From IMG/VR virus record IMGVR_UViG_3300043607_000025, positions 1 through 55,173 of that record: DNA of 55,173 nt; one strand, written 5' to 3'. Shown in pieces: positions 8,505 through 18,646 of this stretch. Every line of letters starts with the position of its first letter. Positions within the stretch are counted from its first letter, which is position 1. The stretch is from a virus. Lineage: Duplodnaviria; Caudoviricetes. The translations under genes and the position numbers were made by a program. The notes below the pieces were generated by a model. That model saw only the letters and a list, made by a program, of their open reading frames with translations. It was not told where the DNA came from and searched no databases.

Positions 8505-8735
8505 ATGCCAACCCCGAAACTCCACGACCTCGAAGTCTTCGTCTGCCTCAACGAGGACGGCGATTACGTCGCCGACACCGACGCCGATCAGGCTCTGTCC
8601 CTGTGCCAAGAAAGCATGGGCGGCCAAGCGTTCAGGACCGTCAAATTGATGGTGACCATGGCGGCGCCCGAAATCGCCGCCGTCGCGGTCCGGGTGCCGG
8701 ACGAGGCCGGCCAGACCCTCGCGGTGGAGGCGTAG
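8505..8735 (+). CDS. Hypothetical protein
   Basis: GGGAGG RBS; first gene after the operators. Confidence 0.7.
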   Translation: MPTPKLHDLEVFVCLNEDGDYVADTDADQALSLCQESMGGQAFRTVKLMVTMAAPEIAAVAVRVPDEAGQTLAVEA

Positions 8736-8739
8736 GGCC

Positions 8740-9624
8740 ATGAACACCGTGCTGCAAGATCGCATCGAACGGTTGCCTGCGATCAAGCTTTACAGCGGCT
8801 CGCACGAACCTCCGACAAACGGCATCCAAGCCTGCGCGATGGAATTGGTCTCCTGGATTGCCGGCGAACCGTGGTCAGCCCATCCCGAGTGCGCGTGCCC
8901 GGTTATTGGCTCGTTCATGCGCTCATGGAACGACGGGTTGCCCGACGATGAGCGCACCACCCTCCTCCTGCCGCTGATCCCGCGACTAGTCGGTACGCGC
9001 GGCAGCAAGGCGCTGGAGGAACGGCGCTCGCTGATGGCCGGCGATTGGCTGGTGCGGGTGAATACCCCGGCGTGGTTGCGATTGGTGGGGCTCACCGTGC
9101 ATGCCGACGCGCTCGCGTCACTTCCGGAGATTATCTCACTCAAACAAGTCCCGTCGATCAAAGGGCCGATTGAAGCCGCGCGTGTAGGTGCGGCCGCAGC
9201 GGGGGCCGCAGCGTGGGACGCAGCGTGGGCCGCAGCGGGGGACGCAGCGAGGGCCGCAGCGGGGGCCGCAGCGTGGGACGCAGCGTGGGACGCAGCGTGG
9301 GCCGCAGCGAGGGGCGCAGCGAGGGCCGCAGCGAGGGCCGCAGCGTGGGACGCAGCGTGGGACGCAGCGAGGGACGCAGCGTGGGCCGCAGCGTGGGACG
9401 CAGCGGGGGCCGCAGCGGGGGCCGCAGCGTGGGACGCAGCGAGGGCCGCAGCGGGGGCCGCAGCGGGGGCCGCAGCGTGGGACGCAGCGTGGGACGCAGC
9501 GAGGGCCGCAGCGGGCAAAAAACTATTGCCCGTCAAGGCCGAGCTACAACAGTCAGCGATCAAGCTGATCGAGCGCATGATTGCAGCCACGTCGGCCAAA
9601 GCATCCGTGGAGTTGGCACCATGA
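8740..9624 (+). CDS. Ala/Trp repeat protein (xAAx tetrapeptide repeats)
   Basis: [26 protein letters not shown]-terminus followed by 27 tetrapeptide repeats. Confidence 0.8.
   Translation: MNTVLQDRIERLPAIKLYSGSHEPPTNGIQACAMELVSWIAGEPWSAHPECACPVIGSFMRSWNDGLPDDERTTLLLPLIPRLVGTRGSKALEERRSLMAGDWLVRVNTPAWLRLVGLTVHADALASLPEIISLKQVPSIKGPIEAARVGAAAAGAAAWDAAWAAAGDAARAAAGAAAWDAAWDAAWAAARGAARAAARAAAWDAAWDAARDAAWAAAWDAAGAAAGAAAWDAARAAAGAAAGAAAWDAAWDAARAAAGKKLLPVKAELQQSAIKLIERMIAATSAKASVELAP
9193..9516 (+). repeat. 27 x 12-nt tandem repeat G(A/C/G)CGCAGCG(T/A/G)GG
   Basis: Counted directly; in frame within 8740..9624. Confidence 0.95.
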
Positions 9625-10703
9625 CGATGATCCTAACCTACAAATACAGGATCAAAGATCGTTCATCGCGCAAAACGCTGCAACGGCATGCTTTTGCTTG
9701 TAATCAAGTCTGGAATTGGTGCGTCGCCCAGCAACGCGACACCGAGGCACGCTATCGGGCAGGCGCTCCTAAACGTAAATGGGCGTCGAATTTCGATCTA
9801 CAAAAGCTCTGCAAAGGCGTGGGCACCGAACTGGGCTTGCATCAGCAGAGCGTCAACGATGTCTGCCGCGATTTTGCCAAAGCGCGCGACAAGGCCAAGC
9901 ACGCACCACGCTTCCGGTCGAGCTTTGGTGCTCGGCGAGCGTTGGGCTGGATACCCTTCCAGAGACAGAGTCGTCAAACCTGCGGGAACAGCATTACCTA
10001 TCTCGGCAAGCGCTACCGCTTCTGGGAAAGCGACAGGCCGCTACCCGAGAACGCCAAGGGCGGATGCTTCGTCGAGGATACGCTTGGCCGCTGGTACGTG
10101 TGCTTTTACATTGAGGTTGATCTACCTGCAGGCGGCAATGACGCGATCGGCGTTGACCTTGGCCTGAAATCGCTGGCGACGCTCAGCGATGGCCGCAAGA
10201 TCGAGGCGCCGCAACACTATCGGCAGCACGAGCAACGCCTGGCTTTGGCGCAGCGCGCCAATAATAAGCAGCGTACCCGGCGCATCCACGCCAAGATCAA
10301 GAATTGCAGACGGGATTTTCTGCACAAGGAAACGACGAAGCTGCACCGCGAACACGCGCTCATCGCGGTCGGCAATGTCAACGCACAACAGCTCGCAAAG
10401 ACGCGGATGGCGAAGTCCGTGCTCGATGCCGGCTGGTCTGCTTTCCGCTCCATGCTGAAATACAAATCAGCGGGATATGTGGAGGTAGACGAAAAGTTCA
10501 CGACCCAAACCTGTTCGACGTGCGGATCACTTCCGCCTTCGCGGCCGAAAGGTATCGCAGGCCTTGGAATAAGAGCGTGGGACTGTTCCGACTGTGGCGC
10601 GAGCCACGACCGCGACGTGAACGCGGCTCGGAATATTCTCGCGCTCGCGCTCAGTGTCGAGCGTCCTGTTGAGGAAAGCCGGAGGGCAACATGCCACGGA
10701 TAG
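9621..10703 (+). CDS. tnpB: TnpB-family RNA-guided nuclease (solo, no TnpA)
   Basis: TYKYRI, IGVDLGLKSLAT, TTQTCSTCG...WDCSDCG, DRDVNAARNI. Confidence 0.9.
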   Translation: MTMILTYKYRIKDRSSRKTLQRHAFACNQVWNWCVAQQRDTEARYRAGAPKRKWASNFDLQKLCKGVGTELGLHQQSVNDVCRDFAKARDKAKHAPRFRSSFGARRALGWIPFQRQSRQTCGNSITYLGKRYRFWESDRPLPENAKGGCFVEDTLGRWYVCFYIEVDLPAGGNDAIGVDLGLKSLATLSDGRKIEAPQHYRQHEQRLALAQRANNKQRTRRIHAKIKNCRRDFLHKETTKLHREHALIAVGNVNAQQLAKTRMAKSVLDAGWSAFRSMLKYKSAGYVEVDEKFTTQTCSTCGSLPPSRPKGIAGLGIRAWDCSDCGASHDRDVNAARNILALALSVERPVEESRRATCHG

Positions 10704-11020
10704 GCACGCGCACGCATCAGGCGCACGCCGAACTGATCGCCAAGCTCGCGGCGGCCAAGCCCACCCGCATCATCACCGAGCGCGGCGCCGACGAAACCGA
10801 CATCGCGCTGCGCGAAATGCACATCCGCGCCGTGACGGGCAACTATCTCAAATACCTCCAGGCGGTCATCGAGGACATGAACGAGCACCTCGTCGCCGGC
10901 GAGAAGGTCGACTGCGGGCAGTTCATCTCGGCCTTTGTCGATGTCGCCAGCGACTATCTCTACGCACCCATGCGCGCAGCGGCCAACGCGACCGAAGCCG
11001 AGCGGGAGTGGGTGGCATGA
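10691..11020 (+). CDS. Hypothetical protein
   Basis: GGAGGG RBS; overlaps both neighbours. Confidence 0.7.
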   Translation: MPRIGTRTHQAHAELIAKLAAAKPTRIITERGADETDIALREMHIRAVTGNYLKYLQAVIEDMNEHLVAGEKVDCGQFISAFVDVASDYLYAPMRAAANATEAEREWVA

Positions 11021-11949
11021 CCGTCGAGCGCATTCAAATTCAGAGCCGCGATCAGTGGCTGGCCGCGCGCAAGCAGGATGTGACCGCTTCAACTGCGGCT
11101 GGATTGCTTGGCCTGCATCCATACGTCACCCCGTACGCGCTCCATCAATTCAAGAGCGGTGCGATTGCTGACGATACCGACGAGACACAGCCGATGCGCC
11201 GTGGAAGGCTTTTGGAGCCTGTCGCGGTTCAGATGATCCGCGAGGATTATCCCGACATCAAACTCGATGACTACCCAGTCGGGTATTACTATCGCGACCC
11301 CGAGCACCGCATCGGCGCAACACCAGACCTGCTGGCAACGGACGCCAAAGGCCGGCTCGGTGTCGTGCAAATCAAAAATTGCGAGCCCTCAATCTTCCGC
11401 CGCGACTGGCGCGGAGAGAACGGCGGCGTCGATCCGCCACTGTGGATCGTGGTGCAAGCCCTCATCGAGGCCTACCTGACCGGCGCCGAATGGGCGGCCG
11501 TCGCGCCGATGCGCGTCAGCTTCGGTGTTGAGATCGAACTCATCCCGATCCCGCTGCACGCCGGCATCATCGACCGCATCAAGTACGAAGTCGCCGAGTT
11601 TTGGGAGCGCGTGGAGCGCGGAACGCCGCCTGACCCAGACTATGGAAAGGATGGCGCGCTGATCGCCAAGCTTTTCCCGAAAGACGACGGCAGCGAAATC
11701 GATTTGAGCGCGGACAACATGGCCCCGCAGCTCGTTGCCGACCTCGAGCGCGCGCGCGCCGACAAGAAAGACGCCGAGACGCGCGAGAAAATCGCAAAGA
11801 CGGGCATCAACGAGAAGATGGGCCCTGCCCGCTTCGCGCGCCTCGCCGACGGCCGTCGCATCTCAAACTCCACCATCGACCGTAAGGCCTACGAGGTCGC
11901 GGCCACGTCTTTCCGAATGATCAAAATATTAAACGGGAGAGCCGCATGA
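11017..11949 (+). CDS. YqaJ/lambda-exonuclease-family protein
   Basis: WLAARKQDVTAS, GRLLEP, IGATPD, VQIK. Confidence 0.85.
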   Translation: MTVERIQIQSRDQWLAARKQDVTASTAAGLLGLHPYVTPYALHQFKSGAIADDTDETQPMRRGRLLEPVAVQMIREDYPDIKLDDYPVGYYYRDPEHRIGATPDLLATDAKGRLGVVQIKNCEPSIFRRDWRGENGGVDPPLWIVVQALIEAYLTGAEWAAVAPMRVSFGVEIELIPIPLHAGIIDRIKYEVAEFWERVERGTPPDPDYGKDGALIAKLFPKDDGSEIDLSADNMAPQLVADLERARADKKDAETREKIAKTGINEKMGPARFARLADGRRISNSTIDRKAYEVAATSFRMIKILNGRAA

Positions 11950-12854
11950 ACGCGCCAATCAAGACGCCGGCGATTGGCGACAACCGGCCCGCGCTAATCA
12001 CCGCCGACCAGCTGGCGAAGGACTTCGCGCACATTGAGGCGTTCGTGGCCGGCCTTGAGGCTGCAGCGAAGGACGTTGCCCCCGTCGTTGAAGATGACGA
12101 CGACCTCGCCATCATCAATGCGCTGGTGCCCAAGCTGCGCGCCGGCGCCAAGCGTTGCGACGAGGTTCGCGACCAGGAGAAGCGGCCCTACCTCGACGCC
12201 GGCACCACGGTGCAAACCTTTTTCAAGGCGCTTGAAACCCGCCTGCTCACGCTCAAGACCGATCTCGAGAGCCGCGGCGGCCGATACCTCAAGAAGAAGG
12301 CCGACGCCGAGCGCATCGCGCGCGAGGAAGAATCCCGCAAAGCCCGCGAGGAAGAAGCTCGCCAGCGCGCTGCAGCCGAAGCCGCGGAGGCCGCAGCACG
12401 GCGCGCGCGCGAAGCCGCTGAGAAGGCGGAGGCTGACCGCGCCAAGGCCGCAGCGATGGCCGATGCGAGGGCGCTGGAGAAAGCAGCACAGGCGAAGGCC
12501 GCAGCTGATGCTGAGGTCGCCGCAGCGACGGCGCGCGCGCAGGCCGAGCAGAAAGCCGCGAGCGAAGCGACGGCCCAGACCGCGGCGACAGAAAAGGCCG
12601 CGACGGCGAAGGCCGCGGATCTGGCACGTACGCACACCGCCGGCGGGACGAGCACTTTGATCGAGGCATTCGAGCCGAAGGTCGACGATTTCACCAAGGT
12701 CGATTTGCTCGCGATCCGGGCCTTCATTCGAGAAGACGAGATCATGTTGGCGCTACGCGCCTACGCGCGCGCGAACAAGGACGAGCTCAAAGCCGGCCGC
12801 GCCAAGATCAACGGCGTGACGTTCGTGCTCACCACGAAAGGAAGTTTTCGATGA
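11946..12854 (+). CDS. Coiled-coil phage protein in the recombination module
   Basis: IGDNRP N-terminus, EKRPYL..G..V..FFK, Ala/Glu/Lys coiled coil, INGV at the C-terminus. Confidence 0.7.
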   Translation: MNAPIKTPAIGDNRPALITADQLAKDFAHIEAFVAGLEAAAKDVAPVVEDDDDLAIINALVPKLRAGAKRCDEVRDQEKRPYLDAGTTVQTFFKALETRLLTLKTDLESRGGRYLKKKADAERIAREEESRKAREEEARQRAAAEAAEAAARRAREAAEKAEADRAKAAAMADARALEKAAQAKAAADAEVAAATARAQAEQKAASEATAQTAATEKAATAKAADLARTHTAGGTSTLIEAFEPKVDDFTKVDLLAIRAFIREDEIMLALRAYARANKDELKAGRAKINGVTFVLTTKGSFR

Positions 12855-13909
12855 CCACCACCGAAGTCGCAGTCCAGCAGGCTAGCAACGTCGCAGCGTT
12901 GCCGACGCGCCATCTCGTGCCATCAACCGATCTGTTCTCCGACCCAGCGGCCTTCGAACACGCGCAGCGAGTTGCCAAGGTCTTTGCCTCGTCAAAACTC
13001 GTCCCGCAACACATGCAGGGCAACACGGCCGACTGTCTTATTGCGCTCCAGATCGCACGCAGGCTCAATGAAGAGCCTCTGACAGTCATGCAGCAAATCT
13101 ACATCGTGAACGGCCGCCCCGGTTGGTACACGAGCTACATGATCTCGCGCGTCAACCGCGCTGGGATATTAAAAGGCCCAATCACATGGGAAGAGGCGGG
13201 TGAGGGCGACGCGCTCACTGTGACTGCAAAGGCAGTGCTCGCAGCCACTGGAGAAGAAATCCGCGCGTCTGCGGACATGCGGATGGCAGCCGCCGAGGGA
13301 TGGACCAAAAACGCCAAATACAAAAGCATGCCAGCCCATATGCTGCGCTGGCGCTCGGCCGCGATGCTGATCCGCCTTTACGCCCCCGAGGTCATGCTCG
13401 GCATGCCGGCCGTCGAAGAACTCGAGACGATGCCCAAGATGCGGGACGTGACGCCTGCGAAAAACCTAGCCGATAAGCTCGACGCTCTCGCCAAAATCCC
13501 CGACAAGCCTGCCCCGGCGGAAGCGGCCGAGACGCACGACCCCGACACGGGCGAAATCACCGACGAGCAAGGTTCGCAGCAGGAAGCGCCGAACGCACCT
13601 GCGGCGGGCCAGCCGGCTTCCGATCCTGATCCCTCCCAAAGGAAATCAGAACAACCGGGAGCCGGCGCGGCCGCTCGTGCCGAGAAAGACGACGGCCCGA
13701 AAACCGCGGCGGCTTATCTGCAAAACACCCACGCATGGATCGAAAACCTGCTCGACGCCGACGCTGGCGAGAAGCGATGGAAAGCCGAGAAGGCGCAGCG
13801 GAATAAGCTGAACGTCGATCCCGACGACCGTGACCGGCTTGATGCCGAATTGAAGGCGAAGATCGCGGCGCTGCGCGGCGGGACAGCCAGCCAAAAGCAA
13901 GTCGTGTGA
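12851..13909 (+). CDS. RecT/Redbeta-like single-strand annealing protein
   Basis: LVPQHMQGNTADCLIALQ..., YKSMPAHMLRWRS..., APEVMLG; follows the exonuclease. Confidence 0.75.
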   Translation: MTTTEVAVQQASNVAALPTRHLVPSTDLFSDPAAFEHAQRVAKVFASSKLVPQHMQGNTADCLIALQIARRLNEEPLTVMQQIYIVNGRPGWYTSYMISRVNRAGILKGPITWEEAGEGDALTVTAKAVLAATGEEIRASADMRMAAAEGWTKNAKYKSMPAHMLRWRSAAMLIRLYAPEVMLGMPAVEELETMPKMRDVTPAKNLADKLDALAKIPDKPAPAEAAETHDPDTGEITDEQGSQQEAPNAPAAGQPASDPDPSQRKSEQPGAGAAARAEKDDGPKTAAAYLQNTHAWIENLLDADAGEKRWKAEKAQRNKLNVDPDDRDRLDAELKAKIAALRGGTASQKQVV

Positions 13910-13998
13910 TGCACTGACTGCGGCGTGAGCTCGCCGCAGTAGGGGCAACATGCTCGAAACCGCGGACATTGTGATCCGCAAACAAACGGAGACTTCAG

Positions 13999-14409
13999 AT
14001 GAATACCACTGGCACCAATACCAATGGCCGCTCGCTGGCGACGCCACCGCCGCTCCCGGCCACCAAAAAGGACTTGCTCGCCCAGCGCGTCGGTCAGATG
14101 CGACGGACGCTGAACGACATGGTCGAGGAATCGCATATCGCTCTTTACGGTGACGATCGGTATGTCGCCTTCCTCAACGCCGTTTACGACGAGCAGGCGG
14201 TAGAAGGTTCGCTGTCGGCCGACAACATCATGGCCGCGACCATGATCCGCGACCACGCCAAGAAGAATGGTGGCGGTCAGTTGGTCAATGAGAAGCTGGC
14301 AACGATCAGCAAGGCACTCGGCGTTGTTATGCGGCGTTACGAGATCAGCCGCAAGGAACGCCGCGACATGATCCATGGCGAAACAGTGCCGGGCAACAAC
14401 GGTGATTGA
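13999..14409 (+). CDS. Hypothetical protein
   Basis: GGAG RBS; 136-aa ORF. Confidence 0.6.
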   Translation: MNTTGTNTNGRSLATPPPLPATKKDLLAQRVGQMRRTLNDMVEESHIALYGDDRYVAFLNAVYDEQAVEGSLSADNIMAATMIRDHAKKNGGGQLVNEKLATISKALGVVMRRYEISRKERRDMIHGETVPGNNGD

Positions 14410-14492
14410 TTGAGGCGCCGGGGTTAATAGCTCCGGCACTCTTTCCTTTAGCGCGGGCATGGTGTCCCGCAGTTATTAAGCAGGAGATAGTT

Positions 14493-15410
14493 ATGAAATG
14501 CGTATGTCCGATGGGTGGCGATCGAACCTGCCCCGACAACTGTGTCATCGCCACATGGCATGGCATGCCGGAAGATCAAAGGACAAAAGAGCGTCGTCGC
14601 CCTTTAGTCGAGATACTTGCTAAGCAGGGTTACACCCAGGAAGCGATTGCAATGCAGCTTGGCGTGAGCCACCAGACGGTTGGTCGCGATCTTGAGACAT
14701 TGTCCATCGTGGACAATGTCAAAGGGCAAGGCAAAGACACGCTTGGGCGAAAGAAGAGTACCGGCCGCCCAAAGGGCAGACAACGCAAGACCACGGCCGA
14801 TCAGGACGCACAGATTGCCGGTGCGATTTTGGACAGCGGCAAAACCTATGAGCAAGCGCAACAAGAATTTGATGTCAGCAACACAGTAGTGCGGCGCGCA
14901 GTGGCGCAAGAGCAAGGGCGCCGAGAAGCGCAGGCCGACCCACCGATTGATCCGGCCACGCTGTCGCTATCGGCGCAAGAAAAACTGGCGGCGGCTATGC
15001 GCCAGTATCAACGCAAGCTCGATGCCAAGTATGAAAAGGATTTGCGCGACGGTATCCAGAAAGCCGTGGAAGATGCCGTTCTGCCGCACTACGAAGAGAA
15101 GATTGCGCTAAGCGAGCAGATAACCAAAGCCCGTCAAGGGCTCATGAAAAAATCCGACTACAACAAGATCAGATTCTGTTTGCATCCCGACCAGTACATG
15201 AACCGCACACCGGAACAACGCAACGCTGCGAGCCAGTTGTGGGAAGAGTTGGAGGTCGTGCTGGTCAGTGAGGCTGAGAAGCCCACCGACACATTCAAGA
15301 TGCCAAAGACCTATGCCGAATTGTTGGCGCGCAAGCAGGCAGCGCAGGAAAAGCGAAAGACGAGGCGCGGACCGGGCCACCAGTCGCTGGCCGCGACGGA
15401 ATGCGGATAA
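14493..15410 (+). CDS. HTH DNA-binding protein
   Basis: AGGAG RBS; GYTQEAIAMQLGVSHQTVGRDL HTH; LHPD motif near the C-terminus. Confidence 0.7.
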   Translation: MKCVCPMGGDRTCPDNCVIATWHGMPEDQRTKERRRPLVEILAKQGYTQEAIAMQLGVSHQTVGRDLETLSIVDNVKGQGKDTLGRKKSTGRPKGRQRKTTADQDAQIAGAILDSGKTYEQAQQEFDVSNTVVRRAVAQEQGRREAQADPPIDPATLSLSAQEKLAAAMRQYQRKLDAKYEKDLRDGIQKAVEDAVLPHYEEKIALSEQITKARQGLMKKSDYNKIRFCLHPDQYMNRTPEQRNAASQLWEELEVVLVSEAEKPTDTFKMPKTYAELLARKQAAQEKRKTRRGPGHQSLAATECG

Positions 15411-15796
15411 TGCAACCCCGGCTTTTCAACATGCGCCTTCACGCGACAGTCATTGCGCTCGCCATGGTCCCGCTCGGGCTGTTTGCGCTCGCGAGCTACG
15501 GCAAGCCGCAGAAGCCAGTAGTGCCGATCGAGCAGCCGACCGTGCTGCGCGCGGTCAAGACCGACAGCTTTCGCGCGCCTGTAGTCACCGCCGAATTCAA
15601 AGCCACACCATTCACGCCGGTCCTAGTCGAGCGTCCGGTCGTGACGGAGGAGGCTCGGTCCATCCCCGCCTCCGGGCCTCCTCCACCACAGTCAGTCAAG
15701 AAGAAGACCCGGTTGGCGTACCGATCGGACGACATCTGTACGCGACACGGGATGTATCGCGTGAATTACGGCCGCCGATGGCGGTGCCGGAAATGA
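15410..15796 (+). CDS. Membrane-anchored hypothetical protein
   Basis: TM helix, Pro-rich linker, C-terminal DICTRHGM...WRC. Confidence 0.6.
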   Translation: MQPRLFNMRLHATVIALAMVPLGLFALASYGKPQKPVVPIEQPTVLRAVKTDSFRAPVVTAEFKATPFTPVLVERPVVTEEARSIPASGPPPPQSVKKKTRLAYRSDDICTRHGMYRVNYGRRWRCRK

Positions 15797-15822
15797 TCTC
15801 AACCCAGAAGGACTATCACCCC

Positions 15823-16650
15823 ATGAGGAAACTACTTGCAGCAACCACCTTGGTACTCGCCATGGCGGCACCGGCCCACGCCCACCTGATCCTGTTCGAC
15901 AACCCGAACCAACCGAACTCCGGGGACGCTGTGTCCCAGTCGTTCGTCGACTTCGGGGCACAGGGCTTCGGCAACAGCCCGGCGGCACTGACCCTGCAAT
16001 CCAATGGCTCCCAGATCGGCAGCGTCACGCCGAGTATCACGGGAACCGCTGTCGTTCACGATCAGGCCATCGCCGGGAGCAACAAAGCCGCAACCCCAAC
16101 GCTGACCGACTTGGGTTGGCTCGGCGGCAGCGTCGTTGCCATCGGCTACAACAGCAATCAAAGCAACCAGACCGGCATTACGCTCCAGCAACTGGCGCTG
16201 ACGGTCTACAGTGGAACGACGGCGCTCGCCTCGTTCAGCCTCGCCACAAACCTGATCCCGCTGCAGTTTACGGCAGCCGACCTGCAACTGCAGGAAGGCC
16301 ACGGCAACGCGATCTTCGGGTTCGTGCTGGACACGCAAGAGCGCGCTCAGTTCAACGCACTCGTCGCCCTGACCGGCAGCGGTGATTTCCGGGTTGGCCT
16401 GGCCGCCAACATGGGATGCTTCGGGGCTGCGGGCAACGACCCGAATTGCCAAGTCTCGAACGACGGCGCCGACACGTTCTATCTCATCGCCCGCGGCAAC
16501 CCGATCATCAACCCGACCTGCCCGGATTGCGTCATCAACCCGGTCGACGTCGTTCCCGGCCCGGTGGCCGGTGCCGGTCTGCCGGGGCTGTTCGCCGCCT
16601 GCGTCGGGCTGTGGGGCTGGCGGCGCCGCCGTCACGCGCCTGTGGCGTAG
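15823..16650 (+). CDS. Secreted protein with PEP-CTERM-like sorting signal
   Basis: Signal peptide ending AHA; C-terminal VPGPVAGAGLPGL + TM + RRRR. Confidence 0.8.
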   Translation: MRKLLAATTLVLAMAAPAHAHLILFDNPNQPNSGDAVSQSFVDFGAQGFGNSPAALTLQSNGSQIGSVTPSITGTAVVHDQAIAGSNKAATPTLTDLGWLGGSVVAIGYNSNQSNQTGITLQQLALTVYSGTTALASFSLATNLIPLQFTAADLQLQEGHGNAIFGFVLDTQERAQFNALVALTGSGDFRVGLAANMGCFGAAGNDPNCQVSNDGADTFYLIARGNPIINPTCPDCVINPVDVVPGPVAGAGLPGLFAACVGLWGWRRRRHAPVA

Positions 16651-16689
16651 TCACCTTGTCTCAGTCTCACCTCATTGGAGTTTACCTTC

Positions 16690-17385
16690 ATGAAGAAGCT
16701 GCTGCTGTTCACGACCGCTGCACTGATCGCCACGCCGGTGGCGGCCACCGCAGACATGGCGTTGCGCCTGCAAGACGGCGCGCTCGTCCAGGATTTCTTT
16801 TCTGCGCCTGGAGCGAGTTCGTTCACCGGGCCGACCGACTTCGCGTTTGGAGATTTCACGATCTCCAACATCACGGGATCGACGACGCCGTCGACCACTG
16901 CCCCGGTGCTGTTGTCGACGAACACCTTGGACCTTCAGTCCACGGACATCGGATCGCACGTCCTCGACATCTTCGTCACCGGCAACAATTTGTTGTTCCC
17001 GACGGGCATCAACAACACCTTCTCGGGCTTCACCAGCGTTTCGTTGTCGGACGGCTGGACCTCGTCGTTGTCTACTTTGCTCGACACCGGCAATGGCAAC
17101 TTCACCGGGTCGTTGGTTGACAGCATCGTGTTCAACGGCAACGGCATCTCGACGTTCTCCAACAACCAGACCGCCCTGGCGGACTTCGGTACTGGGCCGT
17201 ACTCGATCACGGCGCACTACCAGATCACGACCAACGGCACCGGACAGGCCAACAGCGGCATCCAGTTCGCCGCCGCGGCAGTCCCCGGCCCGGTCGTTGG
17301 CGCCGGCCTGCCCGGCCTGATCGCCGCGGGTCTGTTCATGGTCGGCCTCGCCAAACGTCGCCGCAACCGATCAGCTCAGGCCTGA
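16690..17385 (+). CDS. Secreted protein with PEP-CTERM-like sorting signal
   Basis: Signal peptide ending ATA; S/T/G/N-rich; VPGPVVGAGLPGL + TM + KRRR. Confidence 0.8.
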   Translation: MKKLLLFTTAALIATPVAATADMALRLQDGALVQDFFSAPGASSFTGPTDFAFGDFTISNITGSTTPSTTAPVLLSTNTLDLQSTDIGSHVLDIFVTGNNLLFPTGINNTFSGFTSVSLSDGWTSSLSTLLDTGNGNFTGSLVDSIVFNGNGISTFSNNQTALADFGTGPYSITAHYQITTNGTGQANSGIQFAAAAVPGPVVGAGLPGLIAAGLFMVGLAKRRRNRSAQA

Positions 17386-17784
17386 CGGGCCCTCTGCCCA
17401 CTGCCCTCCCGTCAGCATGAGGGCGCGTGCGGGTCTATGTGCCGCGTCCCGCACGCGCATCATGCTCTGCTGGAGCTGCCCGCATGATCGAATATGAGTT
17501 CATGACGATGGGGCAAATCCCGTTTGGCTATATCGCCGGCTTTGGGATCGTCGTGTTGGCGCTAGTGGTACTGGCCGCCTACGGGTGGCTCGTCGCGGTA
17601 GCGCGGATAATGGGATCGTGACCACCCGTCCCGAGATCCGCGAAAAATCACCGCGCTACTGGAAGACCGGCCGCAAGCTCAGCGCCAAGCGGATCGCCGA
17701 GAACGAGCGCGCCGCAGAACTCAGCCGGTGGATCAAGGAAGAACTCGCCAGGGCCAAAACCGAGATCTAAGCCGAGGAGAAAAA

Positions 17785-18012
17785 ATGACCGTCACTTATG
17801 AAACGCGGTGCGACAAAGTCGATTGGGACAATCTCAAAACGGAAGTTATCACAAAGCTCGAATACCTTCGCATGGCCTGGGCGGCTTCGGAGCAGGGCGC
17901 GCCGACTGAATTGCATAGGAAAATTGTTAACGATCTTTATGTCCCGGCTATTCGCCTGTTAGCGGAGTTTTGCGCGTGTCTCGAAGTGGATGAAGCACCG
18001 GACGACCAATGA
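17785..18012 (+). CDS. Hypothetical protein
   Basis: GAGGAG RBS; MTVTYETRCDKVDW. Confidence 0.55.
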   Translation: MTVTYETRCDKVDWDNLKTEVITKLEYLRMAWAASEQGAPTELHRKIVNDLYVPAIRLLAEFCACLEVDEAPDDQ

Positions 18013-18022
18013 GCCAATCCAA

Positions 18023-18256
18023 ATGAACATCAAGATCGCGCTGCCCCGCATGCCGGCAAGCTTGGCCAAGGCGCTCGATCGCTACAGCGACTGGGCCGAG
18101 CAGCCGGTCCTGCGCCGGGACCTGGTGTCGATCGGCATCATCGCCAGCGTCTGCTTTGTCTATTCGTTCTGGGTCGGCGCTGAAGCCGCCATGGTCCTCG
18201 GCATACCGAGCGGCGTGTTGGCCTGGATCGCCATCGAAAATTGGTACGCAGCATGA
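18023..18256 (+). CDS. Small two-TM membrane protein
   Basis: Two hydrophobic segments. Confidence 0.5.
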   Translation: MNIKIALPRMPASLAKALDRYSDWAEQPVLRRDLVSIGIIASVCFVYSFWVGAEAAMVLGIPSGVLAWIAIENWYAA

Positions 18257-18646
18257 CCGGAGGCGAGCGATATATCTGCCGCGGCAAGGGGCGAGCCTAT
18301 TACAACAACGGCCGCTCATGGCGGTGCAACCGAACTCGGCAGTAACGTTTGAGGTTGCTTGAACTCGCGAACTCCGAGCCCGTCAGTAAACTGTGAAGAT
18401 CGACATGACCAAAGAGCAGGTAGAACTCGAACTCCGGCTGCACATGACAAACCTCTGCCTCGCGGTTCTGAGCAAGCGCGATGGCATGTTGCGCGAGTGC
18501 AAGGAGCTTTTGGTCGACAAGGTTTGCGAGTTGATCGCCTCCGCGCGCAAATCCGACGTTAACGGTTAGTGGGTGACTGCGATGAGACTTGGTGAACTGT
18601 TCGCCGTCGCGCGACACATCAAGGCGATGGCGGGGGAACTCAAGTT

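Noticed and set aside
9193-9516. Diversity-generating retroelement
   Set aside because: No reverse transcriptase recognised and no TR/VR pair differing at adenines.
9188-9620. PQRG-repeat ORF, GRS-repeat N-terminal extension of TnpB and antisense Ala-rich ORF
   Set aside because: Alternative frames of the 12-nt repeat; TnpB starts at ATG 9621 with an RBS and ATGA coupling.
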